DNA from: Acidilobaceae archaeon
Lineage (GTDB): Archaea; Thermoproteota; Thermoprotei_A; Sulfolobales; Acidilobaceae
DNA: 64,000 nt
Assembly: GCA_038897215.1 (NCBI GenBank)
Contig: JAWAWX010000001.1
Location: forward strand, 896,001-960,000
Direction of reading: 5' to 3'
Numbering within the stretch: position 1 is the first letter of the stretch; each line of letters begins with the position of its first letter. Below, piece after piece: positions 46,762 to 56,724 of this stretch. The position numbers and the translations under genes are program-made. The notes under the pieces are model-generated. The model had not been told where the DNA came from, did no database searches, and saw only the letters and a program-made list of their open reading frames with translations.

Positions 46762-48093
46762 TTGGTGCTAGACGGGGTTAGAGCAGCGCTACAGAGATTC
46801 CTCGGTAGCTCTAACTACGAGAAGGCGGTAGAGGAGTTCGCTAGAGACCTTCAAAGAGAGCTCTTGCGCTCCGACGTCAACGTCAAGCTGGTGATAGAGG
46901 TCACTCAGAGAATCAAGGAGAGAGCCTTCAAGGAGCCCCCGCCCTCGATGGTGAGCAGGAGAGACTGGTTCACGAAGATAGTCTACGAGGAGCTAGCCAG
47001 GCTCTTCGGGGGAGACTCGGAGCCCAGAGTAGACCCCCCTAGAACCCCCTGGGTCATGATGCTAGTCGGAGTGCAGGGCTCCGGGAAGACCACTACCGCC
47101 GGGAAGATCGCGTTCTTCTACTCGAAGAGAGGCTACAAGACGGGGCTCGTCTCGACCGACACCTACAGGCCCGGGGCTCTAGAGCAACTGAAGACTCTAG
47201 CCGAGAGGGTCGGAGCCTTCTTCTACGGAGAGAGCTCCGGAGACCCTGCTGATATAGCTGAGAGAGGGGTTAGAGAGCTCGTCTCGAGAGGAGCTCAGGT
47301 AATCGTCATAGATACGGCTGGTAGGCACGGCTACGGGAGCGAGGAGAAGCTACTAGAGGAGATGAGGAGACTAGCTGAGAGAATCAAGCCGGATGAGATA
47401 GTCCTCGTTATAGACGCTGCTATGGGTCAGAGAGCCTACGACTTAGCTAGGAGATTCCACTCAGTCACACCGATAGGGTCCATAGCTGTGACCAAGCTCG
47501 ACGGGACGGCTAGAGGAGGTGGGGCTCTATCGGCCGCGGCTGCTACCGGAGCTCAGATAAAGTTCGTGGGAGTGGGGGAGAAGCTGGAGGAGCTAGAGGT
47601 ATTCAGGCCCAGGAGGTTCGCTGCACGCATCCTAGGCCTCGGAGACCTCGATACTCTCCTCGAGAAGCTGAAGATGATAGAGGAGGCTAGAGAGCTAGAA
47701 GAGGCGGCTGAAAGCCTAGCCCGGGGGAGGCTGAGCCTCAGGCTGGTCTACAGGCAGCTTAAAGCGACTAGAAGCATGGGCTCTCTATCCAAGATCATCC
47801 AGTACCTCCCGGGCGCCGGGCTCCTCGTAGACGTGCCGAAGGACGTCTTGAAGCTAGGCGATGAGAGGATCAAGAAGTGGATGGCGATATTGGAGAGTAT
47901 GACCTACGAGGAGCTAGACAACCCAGACATCATAGACAAGAGCAGGATCAGGAGGATAGCTATCGGTAGCGGTGCTAGCCCCGATGAGGTTAGAGAGCTC
48001 CTCACATACTACAAGACCATGAAGAAGCTCGCAGCGAAGCTCAAGAGAGACAAGAGCTTGCTTAGAAGACTAGGGCTGGGCGATATCCAGTGA
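46762..48093 (+). CDS. srp54: Signal recognition particle protein SRP54
   Basis: GVQGSGKTT, DTAGRH, TKLDG, SMT..EL, RIRRIAIGSG; start placed at TTG 46762. Confidence 0.97.
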   Translation: MVLDGVRAALQRFLGSSNYEKAVEEFARDLQRELLRSDVNVKLVIEVTQRIKERAFKEPPPSMVSRRDWFTKIVYEELARLFGGDSEPRVDPPRTPWVMMLVGVQGSGKTTTAGKIAFFYSKRGYKTGLVSTDTYRPGALEQLKTLAERVGAFFYGESSGDPADIAERGVRELVSRGAQVIVIDTAGRHGYGSEEKLLEEMRRLAERIKPDEIVLVIDAAMGQRAYDLARRFHSVTPIGSIAVTKLDGTARGGGALSAAAATGAQIKFVGVGEKLEELEVFRPRRFAARILGLGDLDTLLEKLKMIEEARELEEAAESLARGRLSLRLVYRQLKATRSMGSLSKIIQYLPGAGLLVDVPKDVLKLGDERIKKWMAILESMTYEELDNPDIIDKSRIRRIAIGSGASPDEVRELLTYYKTMKKLAAKLKRDKSLLRRLGLGDIQ

Positions 48094-48575
48094 GCTCTCC
48101 AAGCGTGGCGCGAGCACACGTCTACACTACGCCGGCCAGCGCTCTAGACTCCGCTAGATTCATAGCTGCCTCGCTCCTCGTCTCCCACGGTCTGAGACCC
48201 TATGCTCTCGCTGCAGCGCGAGTTGGCGATAGGTGGGTGATCGCTAGAGGAGATAGGGTCAGGCATCTGAGGCCAGACGAGGATAGCCTCGAGGGCTGGA
48301 TTAGAGCCGTTCTGAGAGGTAGCCCTCTAGGAGCTCTAGTCGCGCCCGCTCTTCCCGAGTCTCCCAGACCCGTTGTCTGCATAGATGAAAGCGGGAGAGA
48401 CGCTATGCTAGCTCTTCTAGAGATAGGAGAGCCCGTCACTCTCACCTACGGAGCTTCTCTCGAGCTCTGCGACTACAGGCTTAGAGTAGGGTTAGAGCTC
48501 CCAGCGTTTCTACAAGCAGCTATAGCCAACGTGCTTCTAGACAACTGGAGAGCCTTGAGGAGAGCTAGGCTGTAG
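48090..48575 (+). CDS. Shortened TrmY (DUF358, SPOUT)-like protein
   Basis: [10 protein letters not shown] and [10 protein letters not shown] resemble TrmY; overlaps the srp54 stop. Confidence 0.55.
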   Translation: MSSPSVARAHVYTTPASALDSARFIAASLLVSHGLRPYALAAARVGDRWVIARGDRVRHLRPDEDSLEGWIRAVLRGSPLGALVAPALPESPRPVVCIDESGRDAMLALLEIGEPVTLTYGASLELCDYRLRVGLELPAFLQAAIANVLLDNWRALRRARL

Positions 48576-49182
48576 CGCTCTCCACCTTAGCCGCCATGAA
48601 CTGCTCGTAGTCGAGGTCTAAGTCCTGGTCTCCTGCTAGAACGCCCCTATTCCTCAAGATCTCTCTAGTGAGTATCCAGTAGAGGAGAGCTAAGCTCCTC
48701 CTGCCCCTGTTGTTAGCCGGGATGGCTAAGTCCACCATCTCCACCTTGTTATCCGTGTCGACGAAGGCCACAACGGGGATCCTGGCTTTAGACGCTTCTA
48801 CGAGCGCCTGCTTGTCTGTCCTAGGGTCGCTTATCAAGACCACCTCTGGCTCTATGTAGTAGCTCAGCTTGGGGTTCGTGAAAGTGCCGGGAACAGTCCT
48901 CCCGGTTATAGCCTTGCAGCCGAGGTACTTGCACATCATCTCAGCCGGCTTCTGAGCGTATATCCTAGTGGCTACGACAGCTATCTTAGATGGCTCGAAG
49001 CGCGCTAGGAACCGGCTAGCTATCCTGAGCCTCTCGTCTACCTTGACTACGTCGAGTAAGTAGAAGCCCTCCGGTAGTATCTTGTAGGTGAACCTCCTCA
49101 TGTACTTAGTGCAGATCTGAGTGCCTATGATGACCCCGGCCTTCTTGTAGAGGTCTGCTGGCACTAGTAGCTCTACCATCAC
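48565..49182 (-). CDS. rps2: 30S ribosomal protein S2
   Basis: [22 protein letters not shown]. Confidence 0.97.
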   Translation of the reverse strand: MMVELLVPADLYKKAGVIIGTQICTKYMRRFTYKILPEGFYLLDVVKVDERLRIASRFLARFEPSKIAVVATRIYAQKPAEMMCKYLGCKAITGRTVPGTFTNPKLSYYIEPEVVLISDPRTDKQALVEASKARIPVVAFVDTDNKVEMVDLAIPANNRGRRSLALLYWILTREILRNRGVLAGDQDLDLDYEQFMAAKVESATA

Positions 49183-49445
49183 AGCTCACCCCTCACTTGA
49201 GCTGAGAAGTGCTCTTTTATCACTCTATCTCTAAGCCTCGAGTAGACGTTGTACTTGGATATCTCCTCTATGTAAGTCACGGAGGTGAAGAGTGTTCTCC
49301 TACAACAGTACCTTCTAACACCCAAGCTGTCTAGAACTCTAGCCGGCTCTTCGCCCTCAGAGACTCTCTTCGAGAACTCTTCCCACAAGTGCCCCAGAGG
49401 GGCTCCGCACGTGAAGCACCTGACGGGGGGCAGCATGGCTGTCAC
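49179..49445 (-). CDS. rpoN: RNA polymerase subunit N (Rpo10)
   Basis: [14 protein letters not shown]. Confidence 0.96.
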   Translation of the reverse strand: MTAMLPPVRCFTCGAPLGHLWEEFSKRVSEGEEPARVLDSLGVRRYCCRRTLFTSVTYIEEISKYNVYSRLRDRVIKEHFSAQVRGEL

Positions 49446-49909
49446 CTATACGACCTCTGCTTCCTCCTCCTAGCGCTATACCTCATAGGCTTCTCCGACT
49501 CCGTTCTCCTAGGGTCTCCGACTAGCATGTGTCTATCGTACTCCTCGAAGACTCTCCTCAGCTTCTCCCCTACCTCTCTCAAGCTCTTGCACACCTCTGT
49601 CTCGTCCTCGCAACTGAAGAACTCGACGAGACCCCTAGCTATCGCTATCCTAGCTGCCTCAGCTTGGCCCATGAAGCCTCCTCCTTTAACATTGACATGG
49701 ATATCGACCAGGTTTCTGAGCCTGCCTGCTAGGAGGAGAGGCTCCTCGATCTTCATGCGAGCCATCTCTACAGGCAGTATCTCGAGTGGGACTCCGTTGA
49801 TGAATACTCTGCCCGACCCCCTCCTTATCACTGCTGTTGCTCGCGCAGTCTTCCTCTTCCCGCTAGCCACGACTATCCTATCGCCCACAGCCTCGAGAAT
49901 ACTGCTCAT
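49442..49909 (-). CDS. rps9: 30S ribosomal protein S9
   Basis: [24 protein letters not shown]. Confidence 0.97.
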   Translation of the reverse strand: MSSILEAVGDRIVVASGKRKTARATAVIRRGSGRVFINGVPLEILPVEMARMKIEEPLLLAGRLRNLVDIHVNVKGGGFMGQAEAARIAIARGLVEFFSCEDETEVCKSLREVGEKLRRVFEEYDRHMLVGDPRRTESEKPMRYSARRRKQRSYR

Positions 49910-50364
49910 CTCTCGCCACCCCTCCATCCAAGAGCTCTAGCTATAAGTGCTAGAGTAGCCTGAGGAGGGCTCGAGAGCCTCGAGGCGTCGGCTTCAGGGA
50001 AGCGGGTGAAGCTCTTGTCTTTCAAGCTGTCGGGAATCCCCGAGTAGGCTCTGAGCCTCTTGAGTGCTCTCACACCCCTCATATTCTTAGGCAGCATGCC
50101 CCACACTGTCTTCTTGAAGATCATCACGGGGCTTCTTGGCCTCTTAGGTCTCCACTTGTGAGAGTAGTGAGACCTCACTCCTAGCACTGTCCTCTTGTAT
50201 GAGTCTACCACCATGGCTCTCCGTCCGCTAACAACTATCTTGTCCACGTTGACAACGTAGACTCTATAGCCCTCTAGCAACCTCTTAGCGATAATGCTAG
50301 CAAGCCTGCCTAAGATCATCCCGGAGCCGTCGACGTATATCTCTCCTCTGACCTCTCCCCTCAT
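49906..50364 (-). CDS. rpl13: 50S ribosomal protein L13
   Basis: ILGRLAS, VWGMLP. Confidence 0.96.
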   Translation of the reverse strand: MRGEVRGEIYVDGSGMILGRLASIIAKRLLEGYRVYVVNVDKIVVSGRRAMVVDSYKRTVLGVRSHYSHKWRPKRPRSPVMIFKKTVWGMLPKNMRGVRALKRLRAYSGIPDSLKDKSFTRFPEADASRLSSPPQATLALIARALGWRGGER

Positions 50365-50374
50365 GGCACCTCGC

Positions 50375-50740
50375 CTAGACTATCAGCTTCACGTTTCTAG
50401 CCTCAGGGTTGACTCTAACAGCTTCCTCTAGGGTTAGGAACTGGCAGCCGGAGCTCTTGATCTTAGCTAGAGCGGTTGCTGAAGCGCTGAGCGCTGCTAT
50501 GGTTAGAGTCTTCCCAGCTATAGACCCTACTCCGAGCACCTTGCCCGGGACTACTACGAAGTCTCCGTTGCTAGCGTATCTGTTGATCTTGCTCAGGTTT
50601 ACCGCGACTCTCCTCCTCCTAGGCTTCTCTATCTCCTCGGCTACTCTCAGCCAGGCTGGCGCCTTGTTCTCTCTAGCAACCTTCCTCAGCATCCTGGCTA
50701 GCCTCCTGACCAGAGCGTTCGTGGGGCCTGTGGGCTTCAT
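50375..50740 (-). CDS. rpl18e: 50S ribosomal protein L18e
   Basis: TGPTN, VNLSKINR, VVPGKVLG. Confidence 0.96.
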   Translation of the reverse strand: MKPTGPTNALVRRLARMLRKVARENKAPAWLRVAEEIEKPRRRRVAVNLSKINRYASNGDFVVVPGKVLGVGSIAGKTLTIAALSASATALAKIKSSGCQFLTLEEAVRVNPEARNVKLIV

Positions 50741-50744
50741 CTTC

Positions 50745-51584
50745 TCACCTCAGCTTCCTGAGCTCCTCTATTAGGGCTAAGGCTCTACTCTCTAATGCTC
50801 TTATAGCTTCATAGACTATCCTCTGAGGGCTCAGAGCTCCCGTGCTTTCCACGATGAGTTCTAGCGTGCTCCTATCGTATTTCAAGGTTACTGCTCCACT
50901 GCACTCGCTCTCAGCGCAGTACCTGAGCCCGCTCGTGTTCGCCACGTGGTGGAGCTCTAGAGACCCCTTCTTCAGCCTAGCTAGCTCCTCGTAGAGCTCC
51001 TCGCTACAGCTCTTGAGGCACTCGATGCATCTCTTCTCTGCTTTCTCCAAGTCGAAGGTTATGACGGGAGTGAATCTGAGAACAGAGACGCTAGCAGGGC
51101 TCCACTTAGCGTGCTCTCTCCCCCTCCCTAGCCTAGCGTAAGCTACGAGCTGGAGTCTCTGCCCTGGAGCCACGTAGGTTATAGGGGTCTCGGGGTAGGC
51201 TGGCTTAACGTCGGGGTCTGAGATCTTCAAGTCCGAGGCTTTCACGTAGGAGCCTGTGAGAGACCCCCTGTCTACAGCGTAGTCTAGGTATATCTCTACG
51301 AAGCACTTCTCGCTAGGGGGCTCTACGTCTCGGCACTCCTCGGGAGACCCGTACTTGCCCAGAGCTTCCTCAGACCTCAGTACCGTCAAGCCTAGTCTGT
51401 GAGCTATCATCTCATCGTAGACGTCCGTGGAGTTCTCGTAGAAGTAGACGACGTCTACAGCAATAGTGGGGACGTCTGAGAGAACCAGTCTCCTCAAGGC
51501 GTTAACGTACGCTACCTCGAATCCTCTAGCCACGAGCTTTATCCTTCGGTCGTCGAGACTGAGGATAGAGACAGATGTGGGCAA
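50745..51584 (-). CDS. rpoD: RNA polymerase subunit D (Rpo3)
   Basis: NALRR, DEMIAHRLGL, EHAKW, ESTGAL; Cys-rich insert. Confidence 0.96.
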   Translation of the reverse strand: MPTSVSILSLDDRRIKLVARGFEVAYVNALRRLVLSDVPTIAVDVVYFYENSTDVYDEMIAHRLGLTVLRSEEALGKYGSPEECRDVEPPSEKCFVEIYLDYAVDRGSLTGSYVKASDLKISDPDVKPAYPETPITYVAPGQRLQLVAYARLGRGREHAKWSPASVSVLRFTPVITFDLEKAEKRCIECLKSCSEELYEELARLKKGSLELHHVANTSGLRYCAESECSGAVTLKYDRSTLELIVESTGALSPQRIVYEAIRALESRALALIEELRKLR

Positions 51585-51590
51585 GAAGCT

Positions 51591-51992
51591 TCAGACCCTC
51601 CTCCCTCTCCTGCCACCAGGCTTCCTGATAGAGTCGTGAGGTATCGGAGTGACGTCCTCGATCCTGCCTATGATGAAGCCCGCTCTAGCTAGAGTCCTTA
51701 TAGCCGCCTGAGCCCCGGGCCCTGGCGTCTTAGGCCCGTAGCCTCCGGGAGCTCTTACCTTAACGTGGAGAGCTACCACGCCTTTCTCGAAGGCTTGCTG
51801 AGCGACTCTGTTAGCTGAGAGCATGGCGGCGTAGGGAGAGGGCTTCTCTCTATCAGCCTTCACGACCATGCCCCCGCTAGCTCTAGCTATAGTCTCTGCT
51901 CCAGTCAGGTCCGTTATGTGGATGTGCGTGTTGTTGAAGCTACTGTATATGTGCGCTACCCCCCACTTTATCTCTCTAGATGCTAGAGCCAT
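51591..51992 (-). CDS. rps11: 30S ribosomal protein S11
   Basis: [23 protein letters not shown]. Confidence 0.98.
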   Translation of the reverse strand: MALASREIKWGVAHIYSSFNNTHIHITDLTGAETIARASGGMVVKADREKPSPYAAMLSANRVAQQAFEKGVVALHVKVRAPGGYGPKTPGPGAQAAIRTLARAGFIIGRIEDVTPIPHDSIRKPGGRRGRRV

Positions 51993-52004
51993 TCTCAGCT
52001 CACC

Positions 52005-52523
52005 CTACCCGGCTTCAGCTCGCTGAGCCTCAAGCCTCTCCCGGTAGGGGCTGCCGGGAGCGTAGTCTACTAGGTGCTCCTCGTCTACTGAGACCAGGTA
52101 GCCGGGAGAGGTCACTCTCCTCCCCCCGATCGCTATGTGGCCGTGAGCTATCAGCTGCCTCGCCTCGTATATCGTTCGAGCTAGTCTCTTAGCGTAGACG
52201 ATAGTCTGTAGCCTCCTCTGGAGGAAGTGCTCTCCTGTGAGGCTCAGCACGTCGTCTAATGTAGCGTTCTCGCTCAAGACTCCCAGCTTGGCTAGCTTGG
52301 AGGCGAGCTTTCTGAACTCTACTTCTCTAACGTCCTCTGGTAGAGCTAGGAGAGCTCTAGCTCTATGCCTGTACCTCCTAGCCATGGTCTCGGCTAGCCA
52401 GAGCTCTCTCTTGTTCCTCAAGCCGTATCTGCCCATCAGCTCTATCTCTTTCTGTAGTTTCTCCTTGATCCAGGGGTGCTTGGGGCCCATCCACTTCCTC
52501 CTAGACTTCTTGGGGTCACCCAC
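52005..52523 (-). CDS. rps4: 30S ribosomal protein S4
   Basis: [28 protein letters not shown]. Confidence 0.98.
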   Translation of the reverse strand: MGDPKKSRRKWMGPKHPWIKEKLQKEIELMGRYGLRNKRELWLAETMARRYRHRARALLALPEDVREVEFRKLASKLAKLGVLSENATLDDVLSLTGEHFLQRRLQTIVYAKRLARTIYEARQLIAHGHIAIGGRRVTSPGYLVSVDEEHLVDYAPGSPYRERLEAQRAEAG

Positions 52524-52542
52524 TAGGCTAGCACCTCGCGCT

Positions 52543-53001
52543 CTACTTCTTCTTCTTAGTCACTCCCACAGTCGCTCCTATCCTGCCAGTCGTCCTAGTC
52601 CTCTGCCCTCTAACCTTGTAGCCTAGCTTGTGCCTGACGCCTCTCCAAGTGTTCAGCCTGATCTCTCTCTCTATATCCCTCCTAGCGTACAAGAGGAGGT
52701 CTGAGCCCACGAGGTGCACGTCTCTACCGGTCTCGTAGTCTCTCCTCCTGTTATACATCCAGCTCGGGAGCCCCAAGCTAGTCAAGTCGGCTACAGCGCT
52801 CTCTACTCTCCTTACCTCCTCCTCAGTCAGAAACCCAGCCAGCATGCCGGGATTCAGTCCAAGCATTCTAATAATAGCCATAGCCGTACTATACCCGATA
52901 CCCTTAACCTCAGCTAGAGCCCAAGGTAGCTTCAAATCCCCCCTCACGTCAGTACCAGCTATCCTAACTATATGCGTGAACGACCTAACCTCCCCACTCA
53001 C
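52543..53001 (-). CDS. rps13: 30S ribosomal protein S13
   Basis: KGIG, WRGVRH..G.KVRGQRT. Confidence 0.97.
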   Translation of the reverse strand: MSGEVRSFTHIVRIAGTDVRGDLKLPWALAEVKGIGYSTAMAIIRMLGLNPGMLAGFLTEEEVRRVESAVADLTSLGLPSWMYNRRRDYETGRDVHLVGSDLLLYARRDIEREIRLNTWRGVRHKLGYKVRGQRTRTTGRIGATVGVTKKKK

Positions 53002-53074
53002 GCCAACGAATCCCCTTGCATAAAACCCAAAACACGAGTAAAGCTTAAATCTATTCTAGAAGCAAACCCCCACA

Positions 53075-53340
53075 TCCCAAACCAGACAAGGGAGCCTTTT
53101 AAAGCGTTTAAAACACTCCCAGCGATGGAGCGGAGTAGAGCAAGCAAGGCGCTGTCATCGCTGATGGAGCGATGGCTGCGATGAAGCGGAATCCCGCGAG
53201 AGACTAGAGCGAGCCATCCCCAGCACCTAAAAACGTAACCAGAGTCCAAGAACGAAAGCAGGCCCCCGCCACGACAGCCAAGAAGCTTAAAACACCAACA
53301 CGACTAAAAATCAAGTGAGCGAAGAAACAGCCACGACACG
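53075..53340 (+). promoter_or_regulatory. CRISPR leader, copy 1
   Basis: Near-identical to 63697-63961; abuts the first repeat; TATA-like AAGCTTAAAA about 50 nt before the repeat. Confidence 0.85.
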
Positions 53341-53433
53341 GAATCCGACACATGGAGTTGAAAGGAGAATTCGAGCCAGTTCTCCCCGAGCCCGTTACAG
53401 AAAAATTAAGAATCCGGCACATGGAATTGAAAG
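53341..53433 (+). CRISPR. CRISPR mini-array: two 24-nt repeats, one 45-nt spacer
   Basis: GAATCCGACACATGGAGTTGAAAG (53341-53364), spacer 53365-53409, GAATCCGGCACATGGAATTGAAAG (53410-53433, 2 differences); TTGAAAG 3' end typical of archaeal repeats. Confidence 0.85.
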
Positions 53434-53501
53434 GTTTACTCCCCGGTTATGTGTCGAGGGGAGAGAAGCTGGTAGGGGTTTGGTGCGTTTGTGTGTGGGG
53501 G

Positions 53502-54461
53502 TTAGAGGTTGTTTTTTGCCCATTCTAGGAAGTCTCTTACTGCTTCTTGTAGGCTTCTCCAGTTCTTCTTGAGTATTCTGCTTCTGTACTCGTAGTTTAG
53601 GCTTAGGAGCTCGAGGGTTAGTGCTTCGGGTCTGCCTCTGGGTATTAGGGGTTTTAGTGCTAGAGCAGTGCTTGCTAGGGGCTTGAGGGGTATTGTTATG
53701 CATCTGGCTCCGGTTTGTCTGCACCCCTCTATCACTAGGTCGCTTAGGTCTGGGTGGTGTGATACGGCGTTGAGCCAGAGGCCGTCGTATCTCCCTTCGC
53801 CGGCTTCTGCTAGTATTTCTGCCACGTCCTTGACGTGTACTAGCGGTATTCTTCTACCTAGCTTGGGGGCTATTCTCGCTGATAGCGCTCTCCTGTAAGC
53901 CGCCCACTCTGAGTGGTATGCCCAGGGGCCTAGTAGAAGCCCTGGTCTCACTATGCTCCACTTGCCTCTCAGCTCTCTAGAGCTTCTGAGTAGCCTCTCG
54001 CCCTCAGCCTTGGTGAGCCCGTGGTAGCTGTAGTGCTTGTGGACTTCGGGGTTTAAGTGGTCCTCCTCCTCGTAGACAACGCTCCCGGGCTTGAGGCCCC
54101 TCACTTCGCCCACAGCGCTTACAGCGCTCACGTAGACAACTCTAGCTCCCAGCTCTCCAGCCGCCTTAACGGTCTCTCCTAGGAGTTCTACGTGCGCTTC
54201 TCTAAACTCCTCCAGGCTCCCGGAGATCCTGCCGACCAGGTAGTAGTACACATCGCCCCCCAGGTCCCTCAAGCCCCCGGCTCTCAGAGACTCCGGGAGC
54301 TCTAGTTGCACTCCCATCGCTCTAAGCCTGGCCGCGATACGAGGCCTCCTAGCCTCCGAGCCCCTCCTGCCGACGACGATGACCCGAAAGCCCCTCCTCT
54401 CGAGTTCTTCAGCGAGATTAACCCCCAGGTATCCGAGACCCCCTACTATAACGTGCCTCAA
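53502..54461 (-). CDS. NAD-dependent epimerase/dehydratase (extended SDR)
   Basis: GGLGYLG, TKAEGE, RPG...GP, VHVKDVA. Confidence 0.88.
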   Translation of the reverse strand: MRHVIVGGLGYLGVNLAEELERRGFRVIVVGRRGSEARRPRIAARLRAMGVQLELPESLRAGGLRDLGGDVYYYLVGRISGSLEEFREAHVELLGETVKAAGELGARVVYVSAVSAVGEVRGLKPGSVVYEEEDHLNPEVHKHYSYHGLTKAEGERLLRSSRELRGKWSIVRPGLLLGPWAYHSEWAAYRRALSARIAPKLGRRIPLVHVKDVAEILAEAGEGRYDGLWLNAVSHHPDLSDLVIEGCRQTGARCITIPLKPLASTALALKPLIPRGRPEALTLELLSLNYEYRSRILKKNWRSLQEAVRDFLEWAKNNL

Positions 54462-54499
54462 CCAGCCAACCCTCCAGCCTCCGCACCGAGCCCTATTCT

Positions 54500-54570
54500 A
54501 AGCCTCTCCCGGCTTCTCTCTCGTATTCCACGCGCTAGCTCCGGAGGAGAGAGGGGGAGAGGAGAGGCTT
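54500..54570. repeat. Intergenic imperfect inverted repeat downstream of rpl7ae
   Basis: AAGCCTCTCC/GGAGAGGCTT outer stem, CTTCTCTCTC/GAGAGAGGGG inner stem. Confidence 0.55.
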
Positions 54571-54622
54571 GAGGAGCTGTGAGCGCGCTGAGCTAGAGAG
54601 TTGTGGCTGGCTCGCGCTGGCT

Positions 54623-55006
54623 TTATACGCCTGCTCTTGCTTTTAGCTCTTTCACTTTCTCCGTGATCTCTCTGAGTAGTGTCTCCGCTTCTCCGGGCTC
54701 TATGATCGCTACGCTGGAGGCTTGTACTTCGATGCCTGCTGCTTCTCCTAGCCTCTTCTTGCTGGGCACGTATGCGTAGGGTATCTTCTTCTCGTCGCAG
54801 AGATAGGGTAGGTGCATGACTATTTCTGGTGGGTCTACGTCTTCAGCTATGACGACTAGCTTAGCGAGGCCTCTCTCGACAGCCTTCGTTGTCTCGTTCA
54901 CGCCCTTCTTTATCTTCCCGGTCTTCCTGGCTCTAGCTACAGCCTCGTATATCTTCTCGGCTAGCTCGGGGGGCACGTTGAATCTGACGTAGATAGGCTT
55001 AGACAT
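54623..55006 (-). CDS. rpl7ae: 50S ribosomal protein L7Ae
   Basis: [23 protein letters not shown]; ATG 55006 follows SD GGAGGAGG (track start 55222 is over-extended). Confidence 0.98.
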   Translation of the reverse strand: MSKPIYVRFNVPPELAEKIYEAVARARKTGKIKKGVNETTKAVERGLAKLVVIAEDVDPPEIVMHLPYLCDEKKIPYAYVPSKKRLGEAAGIEVQASSVAIIEPGEAETLLREITEKVKELKARAGV

Positions 55007-55091
55007 AGTCATCCTCCTCCCCGCAGGTCGTCCGCATCTCGACCCTCTCTTAGCTTCAACCTTATAAGTCTTAGGGAAGCCGGGTGACGCG

Positions 55092-55634
55092 GTGACCCGC
55101 TTGACCTGCTTGGAGAGACTAGGTCCTGGGAAGAGTGCTCCCGAACTCGTTAACGTCGTGGTCGAGATCCCCATGAATAGCAGCGTTAAGTACGAGTTCG
55201 ACAAGGAAGCCTGCGTAGTCAAAGTAGATAGGTTTCTCTACACCAGCATGGTGTACCCCTTTAACTACGGCTTCATCCCGGGCACTCTCGAGGAAGACGG
55301 AGACCCCGTAGACGTGCTGGTAATCAGCAGAGAGCCCGTCCAAGCCGGGGCAGTCATCGAGGTCAAGCCGATAGGCTTGCTAGAGATGGAGGACGAGGAG
55401 GGTCCAGACGCTAAAGTCATAGCCGTCCCTAAGGCGAAGCTAGACCCCTACTACGCTGACTGGAACGATATAACCGATATCCCGGACGCGTTGAAGGAGA
55501 GGATCAAGCACTTCTTCGAGCACTACAAGGAGCTAGAGCCCGGCAAGTGGGTCAAGGTGAAATCCTGGAGGGGAGCAGCGGAGGCTAGAGAGAAGATTAG
55601 GAGAGCTCTAGAGAGAGCTAGAGGTAGCTCCTAG
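55092..55634 (+). CDS. ppa: Inorganic pyrophosphatase (family I)
   Basis: VEIP, KYE.DK, YPFNYGF, DGDPVD, FFEHYK. Confidence 0.97.
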   Translation: MTRLTCLERLGPGKSAPELVNVVVEIPMNSSVKYEFDKEACVVKVDRFLYTSMVYPFNYGFIPGTLEEDGDPVDVLVISREPVQAGAVIEVKPIGLLEMEDEEGPDAKVIAVPKAKLDPYYADWNDITDIPDALKERIKHFFEHYKELEPGKWVKVKSWRGAAEAREKIRRALERARGSS

Positions 55635-55732
55635 CAACTAGTAGCGCGCTCCCTCCCCCGGGGGAGGCTACTCGGAGATAAGAGTGCTGAGAGCTCGCTC
55701 TACCGGGGCTCTGCTCTCTAGAGGGGTATCTC

Positions 55733-56716
55733 TTGCTGAAAGTCAAGGCGTCAGTGACGAGGAGTGGCGCGATACTGCTAGGCGAGTGCTTCAGCGTAGA
55801 CGGTCACAGCTTGAGGCCCGCTAGAGTTGTTACTCACGCTCACAGAGACCACTTAGTGAACATTGAGGCAAGCTTGAGAGAAACTCCCTACATAGTGGCC
55901 ACTCCCTACACCTTCGAGCTACTCGAAGCCCTCGGGTACACTGTGAGCGAGAGTAGAGCAGTCCGGCTAGACTACGGGAGCTCTTTCAGGCTACGGGATG
56001 AGATAGTGACTCTCCTACAAGCTCGGCACATAGTGGGTAGTGCGCAAGTGCTAGTCGAGGGTAGAGACTTCAGAGTAGGGTATACTGGAGACTTCAAGAT
56101 GCCGGGAACTCCGCCCATGACCGACCTAGACGTGCTGGTACTAGACGCGACCTACGGGTCTCCCCATCTGGAGAGGAAGTGGAAGGAGTGGGATGCTGTA
56201 GGGGCTCTCGTAGACATTCTATCCAAGAAGCTTAGAGAAGGCTGTGTGGTCGTAAGAGGCTACAATGGGAAGCTGCAGGAGGTGATGGTTGAGCTGAGGC
56301 TGAGAGGAGTCAGAGACCTCTTTCTCGCCGACGAGGTCACCTACAAGATAGCGAGGATTGCTGAGAGATTCTACAAGACGAGCTTGGAGCCCTTGAGAGT
56401 CTTGAGCGAAGACGTTGTCTGCGGAGACCCGGTAGTCGTATTCAAGCACATAAACTCAGGCTCGCTCAACGAGCACAGCTGCTGCACGCAGGTAATAGTG
56501 ACAGGCTGGGAGCTTAGAGCTCCCGCTGTAGAGATGAAGAAGAGATACGTGAGAGTAGGGCTGAGCGACCACGCTTCATTCAGCGAGATACTAGAGTACG
56601 TGAGCGAAGCTAGGCCGCGCTTAGTGATAGTAGACGGGTATAGAGGTAGAGACGCGGGGGTTACAGCTAAGTACTTGAGTAGAGTGATGGGGATAGACGC
56701 TATAGTGATGCCCTGA
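55733..56716 (+). CDS. MBL/beta-CASP-like nuclease-fold protein
   Basis: THAHRDH, HIVGS, YTGD, DATYG, SDHA. Confidence 0.85.
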   Translation: MLKVKASVTRSGAILLGECFSVDGHSLRPARVVTHAHRDHLVNIEASLRETPYIVATPYTFELLEALGYTVSESRAVRLDYGSSFRLRDEIVTLLQARHIVGSAQVLVEGRDFRVGYTGDFKMPGTPPMTDLDVLVLDATYGSPHLERKWKEWDAVGALVDILSKKLREGCVVVRGYNGKLQEVMVELRLRGVRDLFLADEVTYKIARIAERFYKTSLEPLRVLSEDVVCGDPVVVFKHINSGSLNEHSCCTQVIVTGWELRAPAVEMKKRYVRVGLSDHASFSEILEYVSEARPRLVIVDGYRGRDAGVTAKYLSRVMGIDAIVMP

Positions 56717-56724
56717 GAGCTCAG

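Noticed and set aside
53434-53500. Third degenerate CRISPR repeat
   Set aside because: No GAATCC or TTGAAAG remnant at the expected spacing.
52972-53724. Track ORFs over the CRISPR leader/array, including apparent paralogs 52998-53249 and 63730-63972
   Set aside because: Similarity comes from the duplicated leader DNA; frames differ between the copies.
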